A stretch of DNA of 64,000 nucleotides from Eledone cirrhosa (GCA_964016885.1 OZ024741.1:17174001-17238000), one strand, 5' to 3'. Counted from the stretch's first letter, positions 29,479 to 44,113 are shown. The notes: a model not told the origin generated them from the sequence alone. Numbers and translations are program-made.

Positions 29479-29840
29479 TATATATATATATATATATTTA
29501 TATACGGAGAGAGAAAGATAGGTAGATATAGATAGACAGATTAAGTAGTTATTGAAAGACTGACAAAGCCGATAACAGGTGAGATTTCGAAGTCACTATC
29601 ATCAACTTATAATTTTCTAGAAATAAATTCTAAATATTCTACATAATATTGAGTGGCTTTTCAGTTAATGTTTGATTGCTAGAATCCCCCCTCCCCCACC
29701 ACACACTCATACTCACACACACTTATACACACACACACGTACACAAGCAATCAAAATAAACACACCCAAATTATCATGATATATGCCATTAATTATGCAA
29801 ATATATGCTATGTAATCAACGACACACCCACACAGGCGTC

Positions 29841-29901
<61 letters not shown>

Positions 29902-29927
29902 GTATATATATATGTATACACACACAC

Positions 29928-30026
<99 letters not shown>

Positions 30027-30189
30027 TTTATATATATATACATATATATATATATGTATACACACATATTTATATATATATACATATGTATATATATATA
30101 TGAGAATAAACGTGCTGCGTGGTTGCAAATGGGTTACATATGAATAAAGTGGTCCTTCATCAGTGATCTTCCAACCATCATCGGTATTT

Positions 30190-30263
<74 letters not shown>

Positions 30264-30285
30264 ACAGACCCTCCATCTCAACTCA

Positions 30286-30323
30286 CCTTTTGAAAAGCAG
30301 AAGAACTGCGAAACCGGTAAAGG
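30286..30323 (+). ncRNA. Minimal hammerhead, U3-A8 variant, all stems perfect
   Basis: CCTT-TTGAAAA-GCAG-aagaa-CTGC-GAA-ACCGGT-A-AAGG. Confidence 0.85.
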
Positions 30324-30454
30324 AACCAAATAAATATATATATTTAAAAAAAAAATAACACTCCAGTTGCATTTTCGATTTCATCTCTTTTTCTTTATAC
30401 TTTCACTCGTGTAGGACACCTCGGTTATTTTTCATTTTGTAAAAAAAACCTCAC

Positions 30455-30560
<106 letters not shown>

Positions 30561-30575
30561 TTATATATATATAAA

Positions 30576-30609
<34 letters not shown>

Positions 30610-30615
30610 GATATA

Positions 30616-30805
30616 TAACGAAGGAATTGTGGAAAGGAACCAGATGGACCATAATGCACCAGAGTACTCAATACTTAGGGTAGTAGAGCAGGTAATAGGA
30701 AAAAGTATGATCCCGACGGCAGAGCTCAAGCCGTTTCGACGGCTATTTCAGTCCAGAAATAAATGTCGAAACGGCTTGAGCTCTGCCGTCGGGGTCATAC
30801 TTTTT

Positions 30806-30810
<5 letters not shown>
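30616..30810 (-). mobile_element. Family C short fold-back element
   Basis: Palindrome at about 30695-30810 plus tail on the left, (TA)n on both sides. Confidence 0.9.
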
Positions 30811-30858
<48 letters not shown>

Positions 30859-31338
30859 ATACACACACACATATATATATATATATACATAATATATATA
30901 TATATATATATATAATCATTTATATGTATATTTGTAAACATTTGAACTTAGTGTCTACATATATAGACGCATACATATACACATATATACTTATACACAC
31001 ACAGACGTAAATGACTATACAATGGAATGGTACACCTTTCGATTCCAAATTCCCATACTTACCTATGCAAATATATATACACCCATCCACACACATATAC
31101 ACACCCTTACACACACATACCTATATATATGTATATAGATAGACATTCCATCGTGCAGGCACACACATGTATAGATACACATATATATATATATACACAT
31201 ACCACCATACAGATACATATACAAAGAAGCACGCACGTGTACACACACGTACATTCCATCATTCAGACATATACAAATTCTCTCACATACATTCATTTAC
31301 ACACACACACACACACGCGCGCGCGCACACACACACAC

Positions 31339-31450
<112 letters not shown>

Positions 31451-31868
31451 CCATATAAATTTCTCCACGTAAAAACATATAAAGCCACACTTATATACAC
31501 ACATATGGACATTCCTTCATATAGACACATGTATAAACATACATGTTCTTCACACAGACTCACATATACACATAGACAGAAATATATATATATACACACA
31601 CAAACATTCCTCCACACAGGCCCATACGCAGACACCCCCACCACCTCCAACACAACCACGAACGCCACCACCACCACCACCACCACCACCATCACCATCA
31701 TCATCACCACCACCACCATCATGATGATAGCGGTGATGGCCACCACCACCGCTATCATCACCACCATCAACAATACTACAATGCCTGACATACCAATGTT
31801 ATCCCTCTTAAAACATGTACAGCTATGACCATTATTACACTGTAAATGAATACCTACTACTACTTCTT

Positions 31869-31950
<82 letters not shown>

Positions 31951-32111
31951 TACTACCACCACCACCAACAACAACAACTGTTCCGCTCTGAAACACCAAC
32001 AAAAAAAGCGGAACAGTGGATTTAAACTAGTGACCTCTGAACAGGTAACACCTTATCTCTCCGATCATTTCTCTCTCTCGCATAATATTCCATATATATA
32101 TATATATATAT

Positions 32112-32314
32112 ATAGGAAATAGGAGAAGGTATAACCCCGACGGCAGAGATCAAGCCGTTTCGACGGATATTTCTGGACTGAAATATCCGTCGAAATGGCT
32201 TGAGCTCTGCCGTCGGGGTTATACCTTCTCCTATTTCCTACTCTACTACCCTAAGTATTGAGTACTCTGGTGCGTTATGGTCCATCTGGTTCCTTACCAC
32301 AATTCCTTTGTTAT
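32112..32314 (+). mobile_element. Family C short fold-back element
   Basis: Palindrome centred at about 32175 plus tail ending GTTA-(TA)n. Confidence 0.9.
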
Positions 32315-33599
32315 ATATATATATATACGATGTGTGTTCTTGTATATATATATATGTATGTATACACCCAATTATATCTATATTTACCTCTCTCTCCTCA
32401 TACATACACAAACAGACAGTCACACTCACACGTGTGTGTGAGTGAGTGTATGACTGGTGGAATTTTGGGTGTTCTAGTAAAAATATCGCCTCTTGACCTT
32501 AAAAGGTCAATAGAAACTAATAGAAACAAAGAGTAAATATATAAACAATAATAATAAAAAGAAAAACCGAAGAAAAAACAAACAATAAGGAATCCGGGAA
32601 GAAAAGAATATAAAATACATATAAAGTATATAGAAAAAAAATATATATAAAAATATATAGAAAATATATATAAAAATAATTTATAATAGAAGTTGACAGT
32701 GAGTGAGAGAGAGAGAAAGAAAGAGAGAGAGAGAGGGGAGGATGGAGAGAGAGAAGCTTTGCCCCCCCCCCCCACACACAATATCCACTGACAATTTATT
32801 TGTTTACGAATAAAGACAAGGGACCTAGTGACAACGGACATATGAGGTGCAGAGAGAGTGATGAAATGAGATATGGTAGCAGCTGGGATTTGGTCAACTG
32901 GTACACTTAAAAGTTCTCTATTGTGTCTACCATATTTACTTTCATGATTGCAGCCCCCTTATCACCTTCCCCATCCCACACACCTTTCATCTCTCATCTC
33001 AGACCTCTCATACCAGATATCCCTTTCCACCATCTTAAACTTTCTGTCCCAGATATCCTGTTTCCTAACTCCCGTCTCAGACCTTCCATCACAAAGCGCT
33101 CATCTCCTATTCAAGGCCTTCCGTCCAAGATTTCCCCTCTCTCATCCTCATCCCTGAACTTTCATCCTAGATCTTTCCTTAGACCTTCCATCTCCCGTCT
33201 CCCACCCCATAGCATCTACCTCCCATCTCAGATCCCCGACCACACATTCCAGACCTTCCATCTCAAATATCTCATCTTGGATCTTCTATCTCCGAACGAC
33301 AAAGAACAAAGATTCTACCAAGAAAAAAAATCGATATGCCGTTGTGTTGGATATAATTTGTTCCAAACCCAAATATAATTAGTACTTCACTATGACAGGA
33401 AGGCTTTGATTAATGGTTCTGTTGGATCAGCTCAGACCTGGGGCTAAAACAACATCAACACTAATCTATGGGCGGAAGATTCTCCGCGGGAGAAGGACCT
33501 TCCCCACCATCGCTCGTTCCCCTCACACTACCATCCTCATTAAATAAAAGGAACGATTGACTTTCATCAAATCGGACCGAGGAAGCAATGTTTCCATCG

Positions 33600-33765
33600 G
33601 TCTTTCCAGTCGCTAATACTATCTATCGGTCTCAACTCCAGGTAGAAGGAGCAACGTGAAATAAAGTGTCTTGCTCAAGGACATAACGCATCGCCCGGTC
33701 CAGGAATCGAACCCACAACTTCAAGATTGCGAATCCAATTCTCTAATACTGAGCCACGCGCCTTC
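33600..33765 (-). mobile_element. tRNA-derived SINE (family S2, CORE-like central domain)
   Basis: Minus strand: GGCGCGTGGCTCAGT..GGTTCGATTCC..TGTCCTTGAGCAAGACACTT. Second copy at about 63105-63236. Confidence 0.8.
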
Positions 33766-34609
33766 ACTCATTAAATAAAGGACACATTAAATAAGGAAGT
33801 TTTTTTTAATATATACTACGTGTGAATAAAACCTGTGTTGGAATTTGACTAAATTACTAAGGGCTTGTCCAGATATGAAAAGCTCCCTTTTTGAACCTAT
33901 CATGTGCAGCCACCACATCATTCCCTTCACTATTTATTTTCCTTCCTTATCAAAGGAATGTAATGGTTCCATCTTCACAACACACTCCGCCAACAATCGG
34001 ATTCAATAATAGGTATTTTCTCAGAGCTAATACTTTTAATAATCATAATAAACCAAACGACACAAAGATACAAATATTATGGAAGAACAATCAACCATAT
34101 TTTTGTATATGCACGACCTCGAGATGTACATTGCACACATTAAACAACTAGAAACACTGCTACAGACAGTACACGGATTTACTAAAGAATTTATACGAAA
34201 TTCAAATTAGAAAAAATCGCCAAGGTAACCTTGAAGAGAGAAAAATTAATTAAGGACACTGAAATCATGCTAAATAAAGTAATAACGATAAGATAATTAC
34301 ACCAATCACGGACTTACAGATACACAGGAATCAATAAAGTAGACAAACAACATACATGTACAAATGGAAAAAAATCCCAGAGAATATAATAAACGCATTA
34401 AATCAATACTTAAATAGAACTAAAAACAATAAATAAATATGTATCGATACCTTGTCTGACCTTGCAATATGTTATAATTACAATATTCTTGATTGGACAC
34501 TCAACAGAATTAGCATGACATGATAGAAAAAAAAAAAAAAAAACTAAACAAAACGTATTACTATATTTAGAACACACCACGCAGAATTGACTTCGAAAAA
34601 TTATATTTA

Positions 34610-35195
34610 CCACGAATACAGTGAGTTGGGAGATCTCATACACAAAGATATTAGAATTGGTGCTCTGAAATAGCGATGTATACACGAATGCATGTATAGT
34701 ATATTTGGCAATATACCGTATGTTTAATTAAAAATATTTAGAAGAACATACGCTATCAGTTTTAAAGTAGTGACTATGTCACTTACTTCTTTTCGGCGAA
34801 AGAGGGGGAGAAGCTGACAGTCTGTTTCACGCTGGTTAGCGTTCATCAGAGCCACGTACTCCCCTGCTTTCGTCGAAAATTATAGAAGCTGGATTCTTAT
34901 AGAATTCCAGTAATAATCAGGAGCTGATTATACAGACCGATTGCCGGTCCAGCAAAAATTAGGTATTAGGATTGGTGTTCTGAAATAGCGATGTATACAG
35001 GAATGTATGTATAGTATATTTGGCAATATACCGTATGTTTAATTAAAAACATTTAGAAGACCATATGCTATCAGTTTTTAAGTAGTGACTATGTCACTTT
35101 ACCACGAATACAGAGAGTTAGGAGACCTCATACACATAGAAAATTATAACTACCACGAATACAGAGAGTTAGGATATCTCATACACATAGAAAAT
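34610..35195 (-). mobile_element. Family O PLE-type end with HHR (34812-34853) and partial tandem duplication
   Basis: Minus strand: GGCT-CTGATGA-ACGCT-aacc-AGCGT-GAA-ACAGACTGT-C-AGCT. 34650-34785 is repeated at 34965-35099. Confidence 0.85.
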
Positions 35196-35879
35196 TGTTG
35201 TAAAATATCTAGAAAAGAATAATGGCAATCTAATATAAATAGCTACATAAATGTGTTCTGTCTTTAAGGAAGTTAACAAATAGAAAACAGAGCTTGAAGT
35301 GACAGAAAGTCATGGGGAGAACAACAACATAACTAAAGAAATATATATAAAAGATTAAGCTAAAAAAAAACTGAGGCGGTGAATTGGCAGCCGTTAGTGC
35401 TTTGGAATCGGTTACTATACACCATGGGGAATCACTCATTGTCCATTACTGGAGAAACATGGAAGGGTTGAGTGAGGTAGAGGAAGAAAGTATTACAGTC
35501 TCATCTTATAGAAACACTGATATGTTACTGGAACTATCCAAGGACGAATCGATGTGCTGCACAGCATGATGGAACGGAAATACATATGAAATATAATACA
35601 CACACACACACACACACACACATATGTATATATATTTATTTATATATATACATACACACCCACGCATATATATATATAAGATATAAGATTCGTACCTCAT
35701 ACAATCTTATATTTTATACATATGTATAAACACATGCACACACACATATATATATATATGCGCACACATATATATATATATATAATTATGTGTGTGTGTG
35801 TAAACTTAACAAGATAAGCTAATATTTGACCAAAACATACAACAAAGACAAACAAACAAAGCAAACAGATTTGATTAAA

Positions 35880-36785
35880 TATTTGATCGAACTTTGGCTG
35901 TAGATGTCAGAGGGTGAAATATTTGATGGGACTTTGGTTGCAGAGGTCAGAGGGTGAAATATTTGATGGGACTTTGGTTGCAGAGGTCAGAGGGTGAAAT
36001 ATTTGATGGGACTTTGGTTGCAGAGGTCAGAGGGTGAAATATTTGATGGGACTTTGGTTGCAGAGGTCAGAGGGTGAAATATTTGATGGGACTTTGGTTG
36101 CAGAGGTCAGAGGGTGAAATATTTGATGGGACTTTGGCTGTAGATGTTAGAGGGTGAAATATTTGATGGGACTTTGGTTGCAGAGGTCAGAGGGTGAAAT
36201 ATTTGATGGGACTTTGGCTGTAGATGTCAGAGGGTGAAATATTTGATGGGACTTTGGCTGTAGATGTCAGAGGGTGAAATATTTGATGGGACTTTGGTTG
36301 CAGAGGTCAGAGGGTGAAATATTTGATGGGACTTTGGTTGCAGAGGTCAGAGGGTGAAATATTTGATGGGACTTTGGTTGCAGAGGTCAGAGGGTGAAAT
36401 ATTTGATGGGACTTTGGTTGCAGAGGTCAGAGGGTGAAATATTTGATGGGACTTTGGTTGCAGAGGTCAGAGGGTGAAATATTTGATGGGACTTTGGCTG
36501 TAGATGTCAGAGGGTGAAATATTTGATGGGACTTTGGCTGTAGATGTCAGAGGGTGAAATATTTGATGGGACTTTGGTTGCAGAGGTCAGAGGGTGAAAT
36601 ATTTGATGGGACTTTGGCTGTAGATGTCAGAGGGTGAAATATTTGATGGGACTTTGGCTGTAGATGTCAGAGGGTGAAATATTTGATGGGACTTTGGTTG
36701 CAGAGGTCAGAGGGTGAAATATTTGATGGGACTTTGGTTGCAGAGGTTAGAGGGTGAAATATTTGATCGGGCTTTGGCTGTAAGG
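35880..36785. repeat. 40-bp minisatellite, about 22 copies, two alternating variants
   Basis: Unit ATTTGATGGGACTTTGG(TTGCAGAGG/CTGTAGATG)TCAGAGGGTGAAAT. Confidence 0.97.
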
Positions 36786-37442
36786 GCATTAAAACATACA
36801 CAATGGGTAAACATTGCTGTTGTTATTGTTATTATGGTCGAAACTTTTCCAACCGTGGTCTTCCCCTGCTTTCATGACTCATTATCCAATGATTCTTTCC
36901 CATTTTAAGACAGTTATGTGTGATTTCAAGAAGATTTGACTATTATTTCTAGCATGTCGGTCAACTAACTACATGGGAACTATCAAGTTGGTTGTTGGTG
37001 GTGGTCTTAATGGTTTAGTGATAATGGCAGAGTTGTTGTTGTTGGTGGTGGTGTTTACATTAGTAACCTCAACACTATTATATTCCAACAGCAGCAGCAG
37101 CAGCAACACCACCACTACCACAACAACAACAACAACAACATCAATAGTAATATCAATGGTAACACCATCAACATCAATATCAATACATTATCAACGACAA
37201 CAACATCAAGGTCAACAACAACACCAACAACAACATTAACATCAGGATGAACGACAACAATAATGTCAAGATCAACAACAACAACGTCAACAAGAGTAAC
37301 AACAACAACATCAATAAAAATACAGTATTCGGCATACACCAATGTCAGTTTCGTTACTGAGTTTTTGACCAACGATGAGAAATGTCTTTAGACAGTGACA
37401 AAATAATTCACTGATTGACTGAGCACATGACCACAGGATGTT

Positions 37443-40400
37443 GGCAACTCTGGTTAACAACTTCTCCCTTTCTCGGATCCCAAGACAGTGGCAACTCTGG
37501 TTAATAACTTCTCCCTTTCTCGGATCCCAAGACTGTTGCAACTCTGGTTAATAACTTCTCCCTTTCTCGGATCCCAAGACAGTGGCAACTCTGGTTAATA
37601 ACTTCTCCCTTTCTCGGATCCCAAGACTGTGGCAACTCTGGTTAACAACTTCTCCCTTTCTCGGATCCCAAGACTGTTGCAACTCTGGTTAATAACTTCT
37701 CCCTTTCTCGGATCCCAAGACTGTTGCAACTCTGGTTAATAACTTCTCCCTTTCTCGGATCCCAAGACTGTGGCAACTCTGGTTAATAACTTCTCCCTTT
37801 CTCGGATCCCAAGACTGTTGCAACTCTGGTTAATAACTTCTCCCTTTCTCGGAACCCAAGACTGTTGCAACTCTGGTTAATAACTTCTCCCTTTCTCGGA
37901 TCCCAAGACTGTGGCAACTCTGGTTAATAACTTCTCCCTTTCTCAGATCCCAAGACTGTGGCAACTCTGGTTAATAACTTCTCCCTTTCTCGGATCCCAA
38001 GACTGTGGCAACTCTGTTTAATAACTTCTCCCTTTCTCGGATCCCAAGACTGTTGCAACTCTGGTTAATAACTTCTGCCTTTCTCGGATCCCAAGACTGT
38101 GGCAACTCTGGTTAATAACTTCTCCCTTTCTCGGATCCCAAGACTGTGGCAACTCTGGTTAATAACTTCTCCCTTTCTCGGATCCCAAGACTGTTGAAAC
38201 TCTGGTTAATAACTTCTCCCTTTCTCGGATCACAAGACTGTTGAAACTCTGGTTAATAACTTCTCCCTTTCTCGGATCCCAAGACTGTTGCAACTCTGGT
38301 TAATAACTTCTCCCTTTCTCGGATCCCAAGACTGTGGCAACTCTGGTTAATAACTTCTCCCTTTCTCAGATCCCAAGACTGTTGCAACTCTGGTTAATAA
38401 CTTCTCCCTTTCTCGGATCCCAAGACTGTTGCAACTCTGGTTAATAACTTCTCCCTTTCTCGGATCCCAAGACTGTTGCAACTCTGGTTAATAACTTCTC
38501 CCTTTCTCGGATCCCAAGACTGTGGCAACTCTGGTTAATAACTTCTCCCTTTCTCGGATCCCAAGACTGTGGCAACTCTGGTTAATAACTTCTCCCTTTC
38601 TCGGATCCCAAGACTGTTGCAACTCTGGTTAATAACTTCTCCCTTTCTCAGATCCCAAGACTGTTGCAACTCTGGTTAATAACTTCTCCCTTTCTCGGAT
38701 CCCAAGACTGTTGCAACTCTGGTTAATAACTTCTCCCTTTCTCGGATCCCAAGACTGTTGCAACTCTGGTTAATAACTTCTCCCTTTCTCGGATCCCAAG
38801 ACTGTGGCAACTCTGGTTAACAACTTCTCCCTTTCTCAGATCCCAAGACTGTTGCAACTCTGGTTAATAACTTCTCCCTTTCTCGGATCCCAAGACTGTG
38901 GCAACTCTGGTTAACTTCTCCCTTTCTCGGATCCCAAGACTGTTGCAACTCTGGTTAATAACTTCTCCCTTTCTCAGATCCCAAGACTGTGGCAACTCTG
39001 GTTAATAACTTCTCCCTTTCTCAGATGCCAAGACTGTGGCAACTCTGGTTAATAACTTCTCCCTTTCTCAGATCCCAAGACTGTGGCAACTCTGGTTAAT
39101 AACTTCTCCCTTTCTCGGATCCCAAGACTGTTGCAACTCTGGTTAATAACTTCTCCCTTTCTCAGATCCCAAGACTGTGGCAACTCTGGTTAATAACTTC
39201 TCCCTTTCTCGGATCCCAAGACTGTGGCAACTCTGGTTAATAACTTCTCCCTTTCTCGGATCCCAAGACTGTGGCAACTCTGGTTAATAACTTCTCCTTT
39301 TCTCAGATCCCAAGACTGTGGCAACTCTGGTTAATAACTTCTCCCTTTCTCGGATCCCAAGACTGTGGCAACTCTGGTTAATAACTTCTCCCTTTCTCGG
39401 ATCCCAAGACTGTGGCAACTCTGGTTAATAACTTCTCCCTTTCTCGGATCCCAAGACTGTGGCAACTCTGGTTAACAACTTCTCCCTTTCTCAGATCCCA
39501 AGACTGTTGCAACTCTGGTTAATAACTTCTCCCTTTCTCGGATCCCAAGACTGTGGTAACTCTGGTTAACAACTTCTCCCTTTCTCGGATCCCAAGACTG
39601 TGGCAACTCTGGTTAACAACTTCTCCCTTTCTCAGATCCCAAGACTGTGGCAACTCTGGTTAACAACTTCTCCCTTTCTCGGATCCCAAGACTGTTGCAA
39701 CTCTGGTTAATAACTTCTCCCTTTCTCGGATCCCAAGACTTGCAACTCTGGTTAATAACTTCTCCCTTTCTCAGATCCCAAGACTGTTGCAACTCTGGTT
39801 AATAACTTCTCCCTTTCTCGGATCCCAAGACTGTGGCAACTCTGGTTAATAACTTCTCCCTTTCTCGGATCCCAAGACTGTGGCAACTCTGGTTAACAAC
39901 TTCTCCCTTTCTCGGATCCCAAGACTGTGGCAACTCTGGTTAATAACTTCTCCCTTTCTCGGATCCCAAGACTGTTGCAACTCTGGTTAATAACTTCTCC
40001 CTTTCTCGGATCCCAAGACTGTGGCAACTCTGGTTAATAACTTCTCCCTTTGTCGGATCCCAAGACTGTGGCAACTCTGGTTAATAACTTCTCCCTTTCT
40101 CGGATCCCAAGACTGTGGCAACTCTGGTTAATAACTTCTCCCTTTCTCGGATCCCAAGACTGTGGCAACTCTGGTTAATAACTTCTTCCTTTCTCGGATC
40201 CCAAGACTGTGGCAACTCTGGTTAATAACTTCTTCCTTTCTCGGATCCCAAGACTGTGGCAACTCTGGTTAATAACTTCTCCCTTTCTCGGATCCCAAGA
40301 CTGTTGAAACTCTGGTTAATAACTTCTCCCTTTCTCGGATCCCAAGACTGTGGCAACTCTGGTTAATAACTTCTCCCTTTCTCGGATCCCAAGACTGTGG

Positions 40401-40715
40401 CAACTCTGGTTAATAACTTCTCCCTTTCTCGGATCCCAAGACTGTTGCAACTCTGGTTAATAACTTCTCCCTTTCTCAGATCCCAAGACTGTGGCAACTC
40501 TGGTTAATAACTTCTCCCTTTCTCGGATCCCAAGACTGTTGCAACTCTGGTTAATAACTTCTCCCTTTCTCAGATCCCAAGACTGTTGCAACTCTGGTTA
40601 ATAACTTCTCCCTTTCTCGGATCCCAAGACTGTGGCAACTCTGGTTAATAACTTCTCCCTTTCTCGGATCCCAAGACTGGCAATTCTAGCTAATAATTTC
40701 TCCCTTTGTCAGATC
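37443..40715. repeat. 47-bp minisatellite, about 70 copies
   Basis: Unit GCAACTCTGGTTAATAACTTCTCCCTTTCTCGGATCCCAAGACTGT(G/T). No unique spacers. Confidence 0.98.
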
Positions 40716-42784
40716 AAAGGCCTATAGCTGTTTTATATTTGGTGGTCATTGGTGATGGTGGTAGGTGTGGTGGTTATGGTAGTAGTGTTTCTGAGTGTGG
40801 TAGTGGCGGTTGTGGAGGTTGTACTATTGGTTCTGATTGTGATTGTTGTGGTAGAAGTGGTGGTGGTGAAGGATATAGCGGTGGTGGTGGTGGCAGTGGT
40901 GGTGGTGGTGGTGGTTGTGAGTGGAGTAATAGTGGTGGTAGCGAGCATGGTTCTGGTAGTGCTGGTTGTGAGTGTGGCGGTTGTAATGATAGTTTGATAG
41001 CTGTTATGGTGATTATGATTAGTGTGGTTATTGTGATGGTGGTAGTGGAGGTTGAAAGTGTGGGGGTTATAGTTGTAGGAAGTGTGGTGATGGTAAGGGT
41101 GGGACTAGTTGTAGTGATGTATTGGTAGTTGTGGTGGTAATGGCGGTGTTGTTGGCAGCAGTTGCGGAGGTGGTGGTGGTATTATTGAATGAGGGTAGGT
41201 GAGGGGGGCGATTTCAAATAGATGATACTAAGATAGGCAAAGAAAGAAAGGAGTTTGTGAGAGGAGGAGGAGGTGGAGGAGAAGGAGGGGAGGAGGTGGA
41301 AGATAATCTGTCTTACCTTCACCCCTGCACTCCATCTTGGTTTAAATTTGATCTCACGGCGTCTAGGTGTCTACTGCTGGTGATATTGGCAATGGTGGTC
41401 TAGGTCGGATTGGGGGTGGTAGTTATGTGGTCTAGGCGTGTGGTGGTATTGGTTGTTAGGGTTAACCTGGGCTAGTGGTGGTGGTGAGTAGTTTAGGTGG
41501 TTGTGGTGGTGATGGTATTGTGGTAGAAGCGTTGATACCGTTTGTAGCTTTAAGGGCAGTGATTGTTGTGGTTTTGTTGTCGGTAGTAGAAGTGGTGGTT
41601 TAGTGCTGGTTTTAGTGGTAGTGTTGGTAGTGTTACAACTAAAGGTAGGTATGGTGTTAGTTGTGTGGGAGTTCATGATGTTGGTGTAGTGACCATACGA
41701 ATCCTTTCTCGCATAAGCACAAGACCCCTTATTTTGTGGGAGAGCCTTAGACGAAGACGTGAGGGTCGATATACTCTGTATAGTGAGTCGTTCCCCTCTA
41801 AAACAAGTTTAGTCATTTAAATTACAACCGTAATGAAGAGAAAGGTCATTAGTGCTAATGATAATACTTATCAAGTTAGACAAGGGAGGTAAACCTGAAG
41901 TTCAAAACAAGAGACACAGAATAGGATCTTTGGTAAGTATGGCGAAAACGTTATAGTCGAGCATTTCGCATGTAAAAACTTGATTTAGATCAAGTTAGTA
42001 ATCTCTTTGTTATCAATACAATATATCCAGAATCGTTCATATTTTGTAAGGAACAAAGGAGATAAGTTTTTTTTCTTATAAGAATTCAAAGAAAGATGTC
42101 AGTTAGTCTTCTCAGGACAGCTGCTATTGGACTTGTATTTAAAGGAATATTATATTTGAATCAATTGTGATAATTTCAATATATCTGGATTCGTTCAATT
42201 CTTTTTTTTTTCTTTTGCTTGGTGGGTCTAGATGACGAGGCCGTACCCATGGTTAGCATAGGCCCTCCGAGACTGGAAGCCTTGTAAAGCCTGAATCTAA
42301 ATTCATGGTTATACGTGAGAAATATTCTCAACGATTTTCACCACAAATGGTTTTTTTGTATGAAAACAAGACCAATAGTTTCAACAAGGAACTCTTCTTA
42401 TTTCACTGACAGACAACTGAAACCTGAAACAGACGAAGATTTCCATCGTAGGGAATAGGAAGCTAATATTTAACATTATTGCTGACCCTCCCGCCGTTAG
42501 ATTGAGAGAAATAAATCCTAGAACTCTTCATCACACTATTATACCTCTCATCTCATTTCTAGAACTACACAAAACTGTTTCACTATAAAGGGAAATATTT
42601 TGAAATGGCTGGTGTAAATAAAGATTTTCTTTAAATAATCTGTTGTAGTTTTGTTGTCGGTAGTAGAAGTGGTGGTATTAGTGCTGGTTTTAGTGGAGCT
42701 ACACTAAAGGGACTGGAATATTCGAAATACGTCCGCAGATTTATAAAATAGTTCTTTAAATACATACAAAGTAGATTAACTTCT

Positions 42785-43085
42785 TATTGACCATGCGCCT
42801 ATAGGCTAGTTAATTTGAGGAGGAGAGAGGTGCTCTCCCCGGGTGCCCTAGAAGCGCAGGGTGGTTCAGGATTGGTGGGGTACCTGAGTCACCCCAGGGT
42901 CGTCCACCCCTATAGGGGAATTTATTTTGTTATATTTATGCATAGTTTATTTTATATTTTTATATCTTCCTTGTTAAATTAATCTTGCCATTGTGCACTT
43001 TTACTCGACCTTATTGTAAAGTCCCACTGGCTGTGTCTTTGTATTGTACCCTACATGTTGACCGTTGTGGCCAATAAATGAACTC
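42785..43085 (+). mobile_element. 3' UTR fragment of an L1/Tx1-type LINE
   Basis: Similar to 25140-25373 and to the reverse complement of 62260-62520. Ends GTGGCCAATAAATGAAC. Confidence 0.7.
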
Positions 43086-43095
43086 ATTATTTAGT

Positions 43096-43477
43096 GGCGG
43101 TGGATTGGCAGTATCGGTAGAGGGTCGGACGCCATGCTTTCCAGCATAGTTACGTCCCTTTATGATCTGAGTTCAAATCCCGCCGAGGTTGACTTTGCTT
43201 TCATCCTTACGGGGTCGATAAAATAAAGTACCAGTAATGCACTGGGTAATTTGCTGGCCTTGTGCCTAAAGTAGAAACAATTATTTAGTGGCGGTGGATT
43301 GGCAGTATCGGTAGAGGGTCGGACGCCTTGCTTTCCAGCATAGTTATGTCCCTTTACGATCTGAGTTCAAATCCCGCCGAGGTTGACTTTGCCTTTCATC
43401 CTTACGGGGTCGATAAAATAAAGTACCAGTAATGTACTGGGTAATTGCTGGCCTTGTGCCTAAAGTAGAAACAATTA
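43096..43477 (+). mobile_element. Head-to-tail tandem dimer of SINE S1
   Basis: Two full copies with A and B boxes, separated and flanked by ATTATTTAGTG-like repeats. Confidence 0.92.
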
Positions 43478-44044
43478 TTTAGTGTTTTCTATCTAAAATA
43501 AAATTGCCTTCAATTCTATTGAAAAGTATAGAACGAACACGAGCTTATCGTGTGTGTATGACAAATAATATATTTCTGACCTCTTCCCCATTCAGCAATG
43601 TTTTCCTTTTTACTTGTCACACCTACAGATATTGCTACACACACACACACATATTTAGTTGCTGATATAAATGAACGGGGAAGAAGTGAGTACTCAATAC
43701 CATAATATAGTGTAGTAGAGCATGTAGGGGTGATCCAGTAGCTTATTACTCTGGAGTTTCCCTGACGTTTGGTTTGTTTCTCAGAGAGAAAAACAAAATG
43801 GATCCAGATATTGGTTTCCTGTCTGAGGAACCTACCACATGCTCCGGACACTCCAGAAAGTGGGTTTTTGGAGCACCTTAAACAGCACACACACACACGG
43901 ATATATATGTATGCATGTACACAAAAACATACACACACACACACTATATATATATATATATACATACATACTTCTCTGATAATGTATCTCTGATTTTCCT
44001 TGCCCATTTGTCGCTGGTACTTGTGGTAGTGTTAAGGTTGTAGT

Positions 44045-44113
44045 ATGGTTGTGGTGGTGGTGGTGTCAGTAGTTGTGGTGGTAGTGGTGGTGGTAGTAGT
44101 GGTAGTAGTAGTG

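Noticed and set aside
29559-29596. HHR-like strings at 29559(+), 51637(-), 57557(-) and 61385(-)
   Set aside because: Cores are mutated or truncated (no intact CUGANGA or GAAA). Counted only as decayed relics, not called as ribozymes.
30616-30810. Family C as a conventional TIR MITE
   Set aside because: The one-sided tail, variable axis and ribozyme half fit a fold-back retro-insertion better than a cut-and-paste element.
33900-34600. A-rich stretch resembling a LINE endonuclease remnant
   Set aside because: Too degenerate to support by eye.
37443-40715. CRISPR-like appearance of the regular 47-bp and 40-bp arrays
   Set aside because: Head-to-tail units have no unique spacers, there are no cas genes, and the context is eukaryotic.
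43096-43190. Possible tRNA genes (A and B boxes)
   Set aside because: No cloverleaf. These are multi-copy SINE heads with tails and TSDs.
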